This document shows, in pieces, positions 30,058 through 42,924 of a DNA stretch of 64,000 nucleotides. The number at the start of each line of letters is the position of its first letter. Positions within the stretch are counted from its first letter, which is position 1. The DNA comes from the human T2T-CHM13v2.0 reference genome, Homo sapiens, in assembly GCF_009914755.1 (NCBI RefSeq), contig NC_060927.1, one strand, 5' to 3'. The position numbers and the translations under genes are program-made. Under the pieces are notes generated by a model. That model worked only from the letters and a program-made list of their open reading frames with translations, was not told the origin of the DNA and did no database searches.

Positions 30058-30705
30058 CCAATCCTTCTCAAAGCGTGGTCCCCACTTTGAGAACCACTTG
30101 GGTACTTGCTAAAAATGCAAATTCTCAAAAGTTAACATAGCAGGCCTGAGACTAATTTCCTTAGAAGGCCCTACTTGAGAAGTTAGCACTGTTTGGTATC
30201 TAGATTTCACCCTCTAATCAGAGCGACCCACTGTGCCTAAAATGTACAAACAATGCCATTTATGCTGAACACCTACTTTCCTTCTGGGAGTCTGACATTT
30301 TGGTATATGCTAGGCAGAGGATGCCTATGTGACTAGCCCCTAGTGAAAATCTTGGTCACTGAGTCTCTAATGAGCTTCCCTAGTAGATAACATTTTACAT
30401 GTGTTGTCACAGCTGATTGCTGGAGAAATTAAATGCATCCTGTGTGACGCCACTGGGAAAGAACTCTTGGAAGCTTATGCCTGGTTTTCTCTAGGCTTTG
30501 CTCCATGTGCCTTTTCCTTTTTTGCTTTACATCCTCTTCCTGTGATAAATCTTAGCCGCGATAACTGGAAAAAACTAAATCCTCAGTTAACCCTCACCCC
30601 CCACCAGACCTACTCAATCATGAGCTCTGCAGGTGGAACCAACTACTGCGTTTTAACAAGTCTTCTAGGTTATTCTGATACACATTGAAGTTTCAGAGCC
30701 TCTGG
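30058..30705. mobile_element. MER5A hAT MITE split by MER68 (pieces ~30058-30125 and ~30590-30705)
   Basis: ttctcaaagcgtggtcccc...aaatgcaaattctc, then ccagacctactcaatca...ttttaacaag...gaagtttcagagcctctg. Confidence 0.75.
30126..30565 (+). mobile_element. MER68-like ERVL LTR (3'-truncated)
   Basis: aaaagttaacatagcaggcctgagact...tatgctgaacacct...cttctgggagtctg...ctgagtctctaatgagcttccct. Confidence 0.75.
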
Positions 30706-30875
30706 TAAGGCAGTGATGCTTGCAGCTACTGCAAACTTCTTGGCCCTTGACCTCATGACCCCAGTAGTGATGACAGCACTAAGTGACTTAGAGCCTGAAT
30801 CCTTATGCTTCTGAATTAACCAATTCAGGACTTATCTACCTTTAGATTTCTTGAATGAGAGAATAATATATTATT

Positions 30876-31235
<360 letters not shown>

Positions 31236-31243
31236 TTAAAATA

Positions 31244-31580
31244 AAATTCGCAGCAAGTTCTTTGACACTGCTCCAATCAAGAGGAGACCCTTGTGCAGGC
31301 CTCTTGAATCTGGGCTTGCCTGTGTCTGCTTCAGCCCATAGAACAGGGTGGAAGTGATGCACTTTCAGTCCTAGGCCCAACTTTTAAAAGGACTGTCAGT
31401 TTTTGCTTCCTTCCTCCTGGAGCCCTGAGCCACCATGAAAGAAGCTCAACTGCCCCCAATGCCACTGCACTGCTAAGAAGCTTAAGCTAGCCACGTGGAA
31501 ATGTGGTCAAAAATAGAGTCTTACATGGCCAGTCCCTAGTTCCAGCCCCTTGCCCTTTGAGACCTCCTAGGGGGAACTCA
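31244..31580 (+). mobile_element. MLT1H-like LTR, truncated copy 1
   Basis: Closely similar to 32742-33090; carries MaLR motifs gaagtgatgcact and ggagccctgagccaccatg. Confidence 0.75.
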
Positions 31581-31902
31581 GGGGTTGGGCAAACTATGAC
31601 CTACAGGCCAAAGCTGGTCAATTCCTTATTTTTGTATGTTTTTTGAGCTATGGGTGGTTTTTAGATGTTTAAATTGTTTGGACAAAATCAAATGAAAAAT
31701 ATTTTGTGACATGAAAATTTTATGAAATTCATGTTTCAGAGTCTATAAATAAAATGTTTTGAACACTCACTTGTTTGCATATTTTCTCTGGCTGCTTTCA
31801 TACCAGAGCAGCACAGTTGAGTAGTTGTGATAGAAACCATGTGACCAGCAAGCTCAAAATATTTACTATCCAGTCCTTAAAAGAAAAAGTTTATTGACCC
31901 TT
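31579..31902. mobile_element. MER58B hAT transposon
   Basis: TIRs caggggttgggcaaact / agtttattgacccttg; interior gttgagtagttgtgatagaaacc...aaaatatttactatc. Confidence 0.85.
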
Positions 31903-32726
31903 GTTATAATTGATTGACCTGCTTTACTCCACTTTCTCAAGAATAGAAAAAAGACCATATGCTTCCAGATTTTCCAGTTATTTATGTACATATTGTTGGG
32001 CTCTTATAAGCAGGAGGTGCAGTATCTCTTTCCTAAGACCATTGTCCCTTCCCCAGAATTATCCAAAAACCCTGAAGAGTAAGTCTTACTTCTAATTTCC
32101 AGACAGAGAGGAATTCAGTAGTCCACCTATTGCTTCATCTCTGCCACACTGTATTACCAGGTAAAAGGGCCGCACTGGTGGATCCTTGTCCTCTGCTACC
32201 CTGAGGCTTTTACAGGTACAGATACCAGACAGGCCAGGGTGGTGAGCTCTCCATGTCACATATACTTGGCTAAGCTTCACTTTTAGAGCAAAGTTGTTAG
32301 CTGGGATGGCTGGGTCATAGCCCAGCTGTCACAGCAGCCCTTTCCCCTCAACCTGTAGGCTCATATGTGACCTGGATCACTAGACCAGATGCCCCTTCTT
32401 CACACTAAGTTCCTCTCTAGGAACTTTGGTGTTATTTTCTGTCCATAGACGTTGGCCAGAATCACTGTCATCCATCCCCACAGTATACCTTAACTGTGAA
32501 CCTTACTTCCCAGAAATCCCTTGGGTTCCTCATATGGATTTGCCTGGACTTCCTTCAGAGCTCTGGACAGATTTTGCCAAACTATGTGGAGGAAGAAAGG
32601 TCTTCTTATATTTTCCACCAAAGTAAGAGAGGAAGGCTTCCTAAGTGACTCTTATCAGAACAAAAGAAATCTGCTTTAATGTAATGTGTCCCTCTCCAAG
32701 ACACGAAATTAGCTGATACAATTTTT

Positions 32727-33235
32727 ACCTACAGCAAAATGAAATTGGCAGCAAGTTCTGTGACACTGCTCCAATAAAGAGTGAAAGAGACCTTTGGTGC
32801 ACACCCCTCAAATCTGGGCTTGCCTGTGTCTGCTTCAACCCATAGAACAGGGTGAAAGTGATGCACTGCCAGTCCCAGGCCCAACTTTTAAAAGGACTGT
32901 CAGTTTTGGCTTCCTTTCTCATGGAGCCCTGAGCCACCATGAAAGATGCTCAACTGCCCCAATGCTACTATAATGTGAGAAAGCTTAAGCTAGCCATGTG
33001 GAAAGGTGGTGTGGAAATAGGGAGATTCTTCTATGGCTAGTCTCTAGTTGCAACCTCTGGCCCCTTGAGTCCTCCTAGCTGAGACTCCAGAAATCATGGA
33101 GCAGAGATGAGCATTTCCCATTTTAACTTGTCCAAATTTCTTACCTGCAGAATCATGGCTGCAATAATAAAATATTTGTTTTAAGCAACTACATTTCTGG
33201 ACATTTATTATGCAGCAATAGATGCCATAGAACCT
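32727..33235 (+). mobile_element. MLT1H-like LTR, copy 2 (near complete)
   Basis: Ends with ttgttttaagcaactacattt...ttatgcagcaatagat, a typical MLT1 3' end. Confidence 0.78.
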
Positions 33236-33299
33236 ACTGTGTTGCTAAATTTTAACACTGATTAAAGATAAGCTAAAATCTGCCTAAAGAGAAATTTCC

Positions 33300-33486
33300 T
33301 TCAAATAAGGCCTGTAGTTTAGTTAACAGTGTTGTACCAGGTTAATTTCCTAGTTTTAATAATTGTGTTATGGTTATATATAATTGTTACATAAATTGTT
33401 AGGGGAAGCTGGATGAAGCATATAAACTCTCTGAACTGTTTTTGCAGCTTCTTTGTAAGTCTAAAATTATTTCATAATAAAAAGTA
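33300..33486 (+). mobile_element. Old L1M (MC/MD/ME) 3' end
   Basis: gttaatttcctagtttt...ttaggggaagctggatgaag...tttttgcagcttctttgtaagtctaaaattatttc. Confidence 0.7.
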
Positions 33487-34071
33487 ACCCAAGAAGTCTT
33501 ACTTTATACCTCTTCTTTTTTTCTCTGAGGCAGCATCTGCAAAATGTAAGCCTTCTGATGGAAAATTGTCATCTGCTTAAATCTTCCAGAAGCTTTGGAG
33601 TGGTATGGCTATAATATGAAAAATGTAGATCTCTAAATTTCCACCTAGGTTGTATTCATCTTAGAACACTGCACCCAGAGTTTGGACAGAACTTCTGAAA
33701 CTTCTCTACAAGGCTCTCAGTGGCCCTGTCTAAAGGGACAGTAAACAAGATGAGAGGAAAACCTAAATGGGAGTCACTTATCCTGTAAAAGATACAGCAA
33801 CCAGAACAACCAGTCCCATCAGTTATGCAATTACACCTACAGAATGTCTTGCAACACAACTCTTCCTTCTTTGCTCAGAACATCACTTTGCTTGCATCAA
33901 TCCTCATCTTAAAACACAATTAACCCAATACTTACTTTCTTCTGACATCTCACCCAAAGAACTTCCAAGCCCAACCCAAACATAATAAAAATTGTGCACT
34001 CAATTTTCCTAATGAAATACCATTTCTGAATTGCCTATGTGATATTCCTCATCGCTGGAGTAAGCCAATAA

Positions 34072-34645
<574 letters not shown>

Positions 34646-34949
34646 TGAAGCTCCACTGTATCGAGGGATTTTTAGGTGGGTTGCGGAGAGAAATTTTTCT
34701 TGTAAAAAGAACAGATTTAAATTTGAAGCAGGACAAAAAGGCTGTATGTCATTATTCATTTCATTTTTCATCTAAATGTGCCAAGTGCTGAGGATTTAAA
34801 GGATAAAATGATATCTCTTTTTGTGATGTAAGAGACAGATGTATAAGCAGTCAGGGACAAACAGTGATGGCCACAAGGACAGAAGAAAGTGCATGGGCCT
34901 TGGGAGCAGGAGGCTGGGGAAGCTGTCTTTGCCTGGCATCTTATCAGTG

Positions 34950-35645
34950 CCACTTCCTTGTCCTCACTCAGTCTGCTGCAGCCACACTGGCCTCTTCACT
35001 GTTCTTCCAACATGCCAAGCTTGGGCTATACCTCAGGGCCTTTGTACTGGCTGTTTTCTCAGTCTGGAACATTCTACTCCCCAAGTGTTCATGCAGTTCA
35101 TTTCCTCACTTGCTTCAGCTTACATGTCACCTGGCTAAAATTTCAACTTTCCCCATGCTTCATTCCCTTTCTCTTCAGACTTTAATATTTTTCTAGCACA
35201 TATTTTACTTGTCTTGTTTACTGGCATTTTCCCCCAGTAGAATATAAACTTAATAGGGGCATGAAATTTATCTGTTTTGTTTACCATGGTATCCCCAGAG
35301 CTTGGAACAGTGCTTTGCTCTAGTAAGTGCTCAATTAATGTTGTTGAATGAATAAATGAGACAGTGAGGTCTTTCCTGACTTCCCTGTCTCTTCCTATAA
35401 CCCTTGCTCTGCTTAATTTTTCTTTATAAGACTTGACAAACTTCCTATTTATCTATTTTGTTTGTTTGGTTGTTGTCTCTGCTCTCTAGAGCATAAGCCC
35501 CATGAAGGCAGGACTTCGTTTTATTCTTTGCTATATAACTCATGTGCCCAGAGCAATATCTGGAAGTAGGTTAATGCTCGGTGTTTTTGAGCAATGAATT
35601 AATAATTGGGTAAGTGAGTGAGAAATGGATAAACAAATAAATGGA
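34950..35645 (+). mobile_element. Two tandem L2 3' fragments
   Basis: cagccacactggcctc...cctcagggcctttgtactggctgtt...gtgctcaattaatgttgttgaatgaataaatg; a second end at ~35360-35645. Confidence 0.75.
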
Positions 35646-36945
35646 CACAGGTCATTTGGTGACCATTTCCACACATCCTGGGTACAATTCACTAGTTATA
35701 GAGTCATGAGGCTCAAAGACCAATCTTCACTAAACTGGGCCTCTCTGAGGGTATTTAAGAAAAAGCCAATCAAGTAAGAGCCAACAGAATAAGGAGCCAG
35801 GAGCACCCTGCCTGAGCTGAGCAAGGGCTCAGCTCAGTTCATCCAGGTACTTACCCATAAGTCCTGTTAGACTTTTAAGCTGGCCTGGACGTGGGTAGAC
35901 AGGGTGTGGGCACTCCTTTCTCTCAGATGGAAAGTTGCTTCACCCAGCAGATGATACAGAGACTGAGATTTCTTCTCCTAAATAAATCTCTCCATTTCTC
36001 TGTTCTGACAGTGCCTTTCGTTTTACTCCTATCACCATCCTAGGTGTGAGAGGGTGCAAAAGAGAAAAAAAGAAGATGCCATTGTTCATTCCCCAGCACC
36101 CCTGGCCTCAGTAGAACATAAGAACTATCTGAACTAGAGGGAATTTGCATAGCTTCCTCATTACATCCTCATTCTCTGCCCTCCCACTCCCCACCCCCTT
36201 TAATTCTGGCCTTTAGAAGCTTTGCAGGGTTTTTAATTACAATCAAAAAAGGGCATGATCAATAGTTAAGTAAAATAAAATAACAATACTTAAAATTACA
36301 ATGGAGCACCCCAAACGATCGACGGTTTATTCTCTGCCTTAAAATAAAATAGCTTTCATCTTTTCCCCCTTACAACAGCCTCCTCCGCCTAGATAATGCA
36401 TTTCGTTAGATTTATTTGCTCAGCCCTGAAAACTTGACACTAAGGGGATTATTTAGTTTTAGATTTGCTGTAGTCCATAGTAATAGCCAACAGGAAAAGG
36501 AATGAAGCAGCAATATTAGCAGGGCAATGGGAGGGGAGGGGGCTGTGCAGTTTGCAGCTAAGCAAAACTGCTTGCATAAACACCATTAAGAAGATTTAGA
36601 CATCGCTTTCCTTATCATCAGCACTCCTGGAAGAAATAAAAAAAAAGAAAAAAGGGAAAGGGACAGGCCTTGACTTGCTGTGTATGTGTTTCCATTAAAG
36701 GTTCAATAGGAAATAAAACCAGTTGACAGTCCAAATGCAATGATGCTACAGACCTATCCACGCTACCTCATCATAGTCCAAAAGAGACATTTGTTCCACA
36801 TGTTACTGGAAGAAGCAACTGGACAGAGAACAAAACACCCTGCATTGCCCAATCTGTGTCTGAGCATATGAAACTAAGGCTGCTTCCTAGGTTGCCCCTG
36901 CGTTCCATTTATCACACCCCCATCTGCCTTCTTTACAACCCCTCT

Positions 36946-37000
36946 ACACACACAAACACACCACACACACACACACGTACACACACACACACATACACAC
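36946..37000. repeat. (CA)n microsatellite
   Basis: Interrupted CA run. Confidence 0.9.
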
Positions 37001-37759
37001 ATCCCAAGATAAAATATTCCTGATTTTCCATGCTCTATCCAAACCACTAATTATCAGGGTACTGAGAACAAGAACTGGTGTGAGACAGGAGGGACTTGTA
37101 ATGACCAGAAAGGCTAGTCCTGTGTTTGGCTGCAGTTGTGTGGCAGAAAGAAAGATGAGAGGAAGCCAAGCAGGAGGGAGAAGTAGTAGAGGAGACTGGT
37201 CAAATCCCACGAGAGAAAGTGGAAAAACATTTCAGCAATTGAAAGTGGTTTTAAAGAAGTGCTGGAATCAAATGGGCCATTCCTGGAGAAGTGTCTGTTG
37301 GTCTGTCTGTCTAGGCAAAGGAAAAGTTGCAAGTAGGCATTGTATGTTTATGGAGCACCAAGAAAAGATAATAACTCTGCTGTGGGAGTCCAGAAAATAA
37401 CATTTGGGATTTTAACCACTGTGCCATTTTCTAGATCCATCCTTAGCAAGAAATTGCTAAATGGTAAAAGGGTGTGTGTCTACATATATAATTTTTTAAT
37501 GCAGACATAAGGGCTCTTGGGATTTGTAGTATACATTCTTTAAAAAACTAATTAGTAACTAAATGTTATTAGCAAAACACACAGCAACAACACAAGGAAA
37601 CATATTTTTCATTATCAAATTGTGGACAAAATATTGGCATCCCTGGAGCTCTACACTTGTTTTTTCCTTCCCTCCACTCACCAGACTTTCCATTCTGTGG
37701 GTTCATTTTCCTGGAGGCCATATATCTCAGGAGCTGCTGAGGATTGCACACACAAAACC

Positions 37760-38108
37760 TTTTTTTTTTTTTTTTCGCTTTTTTTGAGACAAGGTCTCAC
37801 TTTGTTGCATAGGCTGGAGTGCAGTGGTGTGGTTATGGCTCACTGCAGCCTCGACTTCCTGGGCTCAAGCAACCCTCCCACCTCAGGCCCTCAAGTAGTT
37901 GGGACTAAAGGCATGCGCCACCATGCCTGGCTGATATTTCTTTTCTTTTTTTCTTTCTTTCTTTTCTTTTCTTTTTTTTCTTTTTTTTTTTTTTTTGGAG
38001 AGACGAGGTTTCGTTATGTTGCCCAGGTCTGAAACTTCTGGGCTCGACGGATCCACCTACCTAAGCCTCCGAAAATGCTGAGATTACAGGCATGAGCCAC
38101 TACTCCTG
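37760..38108 (-). mobile_element. AluJ with an expanded central T-rich linker
   Basis: J diagnostics cactgcagcctcgacttcctgggctcaagc; the ~60 bp (CTTTT)n/T linker spans 37937-37997. Confidence 0.9.
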
Positions 38109-38269
38109 TTTTTTAGAGGATATAGATAGAATGGATCCTGTGTCCCATAATAAATTAAGGGCAACTTGTCACACCCCTTCCATACAAAGACTGAATCAGC
38201 AGACACCACAGCCAAATCAGAGGGAAGGATGGCATGGGCTTGCTTGGTTAAGCAACAGAATAACAGCAA

Positions 38270-38465
38270 TAATAACATAAATATAATTGCAATTTATGAG
38301 TTCTTGTTATTTGCCAGGTTCTGTAATTAATGCCATCATTACTATCTTCTTTTTTTTACAGATTCAGAAGCTGGTGCTTGGAGGAGTTAAATAATTAGGC
38401 CCAGTCACTCACTTAGAATATGAGAGCCTTTTTCTGCTTGTTTCCCAAGCCTGTGCCCCTAACAA
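38270..38465 (-). mobile_element. MIR fragment
   Basis: aatttatgag...tgccagg...tttacagattcagaagctgg...ggagttaaataatt. Confidence 0.55.
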
Positions 38466-39761
38466 TGACTTACATTGCCCCAACAAGATGAGAGGCTGGT
38501 GTCTTCAGGGCTGTTCATTCTCAGAGCCAATTAGATCATCCATAGCAAATTCTCTCTAATGCACCTCTCCCAAGCTCATTAAACTCTTACAGGGGAGGGT
38601 GGGAGTGGGGGATCTTAAATCTTAGACTCTCATAACTGTGAAAGATGGGAATAAGAATGAGAGTCGCTTTGACATGACCATGGCTGTGATTTAATTCCTC
38701 AGACCAAAAACCAGGACTGACCAACCCAAGCCCTCATAGCCATCTATTCACCATGAACCAGGAAAGTCTGCTTCCTCCATTTGGGCATGCTGAATGAGCA
38801 GACTTTTGCTTATGCTCTCATCCTTAGCACATGTATCAGGTATCCAAGGTCTGATGTGAGAAATATGTGACCAGTCATCTCTGGTTCCCTGTGGTCTTCA
38901 AACTCCCTGTGCCCCTAGATCCCCTGGAAACTTGCCCCACACCTTGAGCTCACTGATGTCAGGGATTGTGCTGGTTCAGCTCTATATCCTCAGCATCCAG
39001 AACTTCTGGCACAGAGAGCTCAGGAAACACCTGTTTAGTGCCACTGTCCATTTCACTGCATCCGTGGGTTGCTGGGAACATTTTTTGTCCACTGCCACCA
39101 AGCGGGACTGACTTAACAGCCCCAGGTAGGCAAGTAAGTATGCTTTAAAAAAAAATTGTTTCTAGTAAAATAGTTTTCCACCAGACTTAATAACACATTA
39201 CGGCATTTAATAACTCCCTTGTCAGAAAGTTTTTTTCATTAACCAACTTCTATTTCTCTTGTGAAGCACCAAACTTACTTTCATGTCCATCCACTGTAGA
39301 GACAGAGAATAATTAATGATACACCATCCCTTAAGTAATAATTCTTTATCTGCTTGAAGCTTATTTACTGGTCTTGTAAAAATTATCTTTCTATTGCCCT
39401 AGTCCCAGGGTGCTAGTATAATGTAATGATAGAGGAGTAAGGACTGACACAAACCCTAACCTCCAGTTTTTTCTTGCCATGATTTTAACCAAATGTCAAA
39501 TGAAAAGATGGGCAACTAATAAGGGTCCAGGTCAATACTGCTCAGAGATGTCCCACCCATGCAGAACAGTTTCTGTGCAGTTGTAGCTCATGCTGACATT
39601 CTGCAAAGCCCACCCACCCCCTGCCCCTGGGCCCCAGAGCACATCCATATGGACAGACCCTCACCTTTTGGAGGGCTGCTGCCATTATCTGGGATCCTTG
39701 AGTTCAACACAAATGTCTCAAATGCTTAACAACAATAGCCTAATTTTTGAGTGCTTATGCA

Positions 39762-39796
39762 AATATATATATATATATATATATGTAATATATATG
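39762..39796. repeat. (TA)n microsatellite
   Basis: atatatatatatatatatatatgtaatatatatg. Confidence 0.9.
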
Positions 39797-39947
39797 TAAT
39801 GCAGACATAAGGGCTATTTGTGTAAGGTATTTCTAATAATGGCAGGGTTTGTGGTACAGATTAAAAAATAATTGGTACTAAATGTTAGCAAAACACAGAA
39901 AAACACAAGGAAACTTTTTTTTTCATTAACAAACTTGTACATAAAAT

Positions 39948-40225
39948 GTGTCAGACATTGTTCCATCTCTTTTGGTCCTCATTACTACCTATAAAACAGG
40001 TTTTATTATTATCCGCATTTTACTGAAAAGGAAATATAGGACAAAGTGAGTGAGTAAACTTGCACAAAATTCTACAGTTTATTATAGGTAGAGCTGAGAG
40101 CTGAACCCCAATAGTCTGACTCCAGAGCCTGTGTTTATAGCCCAACAACATAATACCACCAAGGCTTATCACAGTGCCTGGCATACAGTGGGCACCCAAT
40201 ATATATCTGGTGAATTTCAATGAGA
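39948..40225. mobile_element. MIR (minus, ~39948-40150) followed by an L2 3' tail (plus)
   Basis: ccgcattttactgaaaaggaaa...gtagagctgagagctgaaccca...tctgactccagagcc; then acagtgcctggcatacagtgggcacccaatatata. Confidence 0.75.
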
Positions 40226-40533
40226 TGGGTGGTATATTTTCTAGAGATCTGGTTATCCAAAGAGATTGTCCCCAAGAAGTCTCAGCTTTCAAAACATTAT
40301 TCTGTCTGTCAGAGAGTTAAAAGCAAAACTTCCAAAATTCAAGAGTAGCAGTGGTGCAAGGAATAGAAAATCTTTAAAGCCAAAAAAAATCTTAATCTAC
40401 TGGGGAGAAATAATGAGTTTTATTTAAGAAAGAGCATGAAACAGTTTTCAAGGAGAATATGAGCAAATAAACTAACAAATACTAAGCCAAGCATCCAATA
40501 TGAACTCATCTGTGACACAGAAAAATATAAAAA

Positions 40534-41984
40534 CTCTTTTTCATATGATTGTTGGCTGCATGTACATCTTCTTTTAAAAACTGTCTGTTCACGTCCTTTG
40601 CCCACTTTTATGGGATTTTTTGTTTTTTTCTTCTTGTCAATTTGTTCAAGTTCCTTATAGATGCTGTATGTTACACCTTTGTCAGCTGCATAGTTGGCAA
40701 AATTTTTCTCCCATTCTGTAGGTTGTCTGTTTACTCTGTTGATGGTTTGCTGTGCAGAAGCTCTTTAGTTTAATCTGATCCCATTTGTCAATTTTTGCTT
40801 TTGTTGCAATTGCTTTTGGTGTTTTGATCATGAAATCCGTGTCTGTGCCTATGTCCTGAATGGTATTGCCTAGGTTGTCTTCCAGGGTTTTTGTAGTTTG
40901 GGGTTTTACATTAAAGTCTATAATCTATCTTGAATTAACTTTTGTATATGGTGTAAGGAAGAAGTTTAGTTTCAATCTTCTGCATACAGCCAGCCAGTGA
41001 TCCCAGCACCATTTATTGAATAGGAAATACTTTCCCCATTGTTTGTTTTTGTCAAGTTTGTTGAAGATTAGATAGTTATAGGTGTGCAGTATTATTTCTG
41101 GGTTCTCTATTATTTTCCATTGGTCTATGTGTCTGTTTTTGTACCAGTGCCATGCTGTTTTGATTACTATAGCCCTGCAGTATAGTTTGAAGTCAGGTAG
41201 CATGATGTCTCCAGCTTTGTAAAAGCTCAACATCACTGATCATTAGAGAAATGAAAATCAAAACCACAATGAGATACCATCTAACACCGGTCAGACTGGC
41301 TATTATTAAAAAGTCAAAAAATAAAAGATGGTGGTGAGGTTGTAGAGAAAAAGGATGTTTTATACACTGTTGATGGGAGTGTAAATTAGTTCAACCATTG
41401 TGGAAGATGGTGCGGTGATTCCTCAAAGACCTAAAGACAGAAATACCATTCAACCCAGAAATCTCATTACTGGATATATACCCAAGGGAATATGAATCAT
41501 TCTATCATAAAGACACATGCATGCTTATGTTCATTGTGGCACTATTCACAATCGCAAAGACATGAAATCAACCTAAATGCCCATCAAGATAGGTTGGATA
41601 AAGAAAGTGTGGTACATATACACCATGGAATACTACGCAGCCATAAAAAAAATGAGATCATATTCTTTGCAGGGACATGGATGGAGCTGGAGGCCATGAT
41701 CCTTAGCAAACTAACACAGGAACAGAAAACCAAAGACTGCATGTTATCACTTATAAGTGGGAGCTAAATGATGAGAACACATCGACACATAGAGGGAAAC
41801 AACACACACTGGGCCTTTCAGAGGGTGGAGGGTGGAAGGAGGGAGAGGATCATGAAAAATAACTAATAGGCACTAGGCTTAATACCTGGATGATGAAATA
41901 ATCTTTACAACCAACCCCCATGACACAAATTTACCTATGTAATAAATTTGCACTTGTACCCCTGAACTTAAAATTTAAAAAAAA
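40534..41984 (+). mobile_element. 5'-truncated, 5'-inverted L1 (L1PA13-like): inverted segment 40534-41220, sense segment 41221-41984
   Basis: Minus-strand ORF2 fragment joined to a plus-strand ORF2 end, 3' UTR and poly-A. TSD agaaaaata(t/c)aaaa (40519-40532 / 41985-41998). Confidence 0.9.
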
Positions 41985-42108
41985 AGAAAAATACAAAAGC
42001 ATGTCCACTTAATCTCAAATATTTCACAGTAATGACAAAATTAATGCCATAGAATCCTGGAAGAAAAAAGGACCGTTGGGCCATCTAGACTAGTGCCATC
42101 AGGCCATC

Positions 42109-42476
42109 TGATATGGTTTGACTCTGTGTTCCCACCCAAATCTCATCTCGAATAGTAATCCCCACTTGTCAAGGGAAGGACCTGGTGGGAGGTGACTGGA
42201 TCATCGGGGCAGTTTCCCCCATGCTGTTCTCATGATAATGAATGAGTTCTCCTGAGATCTGATGGTTTTATAAGGGGCTCTTCCCCCTTGGCTTTCTTTT
42301 CTGTCTCTTGCTACTGTGTGAAGAAGATCCTTGCTTCCCCTTCATCTTCCGCCATGATTGTAAGTTTCCTGAGGCTTCCCAGCCATGTGAAACTGTGAGT
42401 TAATTAAACCTCCTTCCTTTATAAATTACCCAGTCTCGGGTATTTATTTATAGCAGTGTGAAAATGGACTAATACA
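42109..42476 (+). mobile_element. THE1D-like solo LTR
   Basis: tgatatggtttg...aaaatggactaataca with a perfect 5-bp TSD ccatc (42104-42108 / 42477-42481). Confidence 0.92.
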
Positions 42477-42499
42477 CCATCTTTGCATTCATGGACATT

Positions 42500-42910
42500 G
42501 AAGCTCTGCATGATCAGCATGCTGCCAACCTCTCCCCCTCACTCACTTGCCCTTACCCCAGTGACCTTCTCTCTGTTCTTTTGTACTAGCAGCTTCCTCT
42601 GTCCAGAAGGCTCTGTCCCATATCTTTAACATGGTGTCTCTTCATGTCACTCAGGTGTCAACTTCAATATATCTTCTTCAGAAAAGCCTTTTCTGAACTC
42701 TGAGGCCAAAGTAGACCCTCTACATACACACAGACATACACAAACACACACACACAAGCCAGTTTTAGTCTAGCTCCTGTTGAAATGACCAGATCTTTAT
42801 TTGCTTACATGTTTATCATGTCTCCTCCACTGAATTTATACTCTTTAAAGTATGTTTACTGCTCTGTTTATCACTATATCAGCACCTACATTAGTACCTA
42901 GCACTATTTT
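42500..42910 (+). mobile_element. L2 fragment containing a (CA)n tract
   Basis: cactcaggtgtcaacttcaatatatcttcttcagaaaagccttttctga...cactatatcagcaccta. Confidence 0.6.
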
Positions 42911-42924
42911 TGAGTGATTTGATT

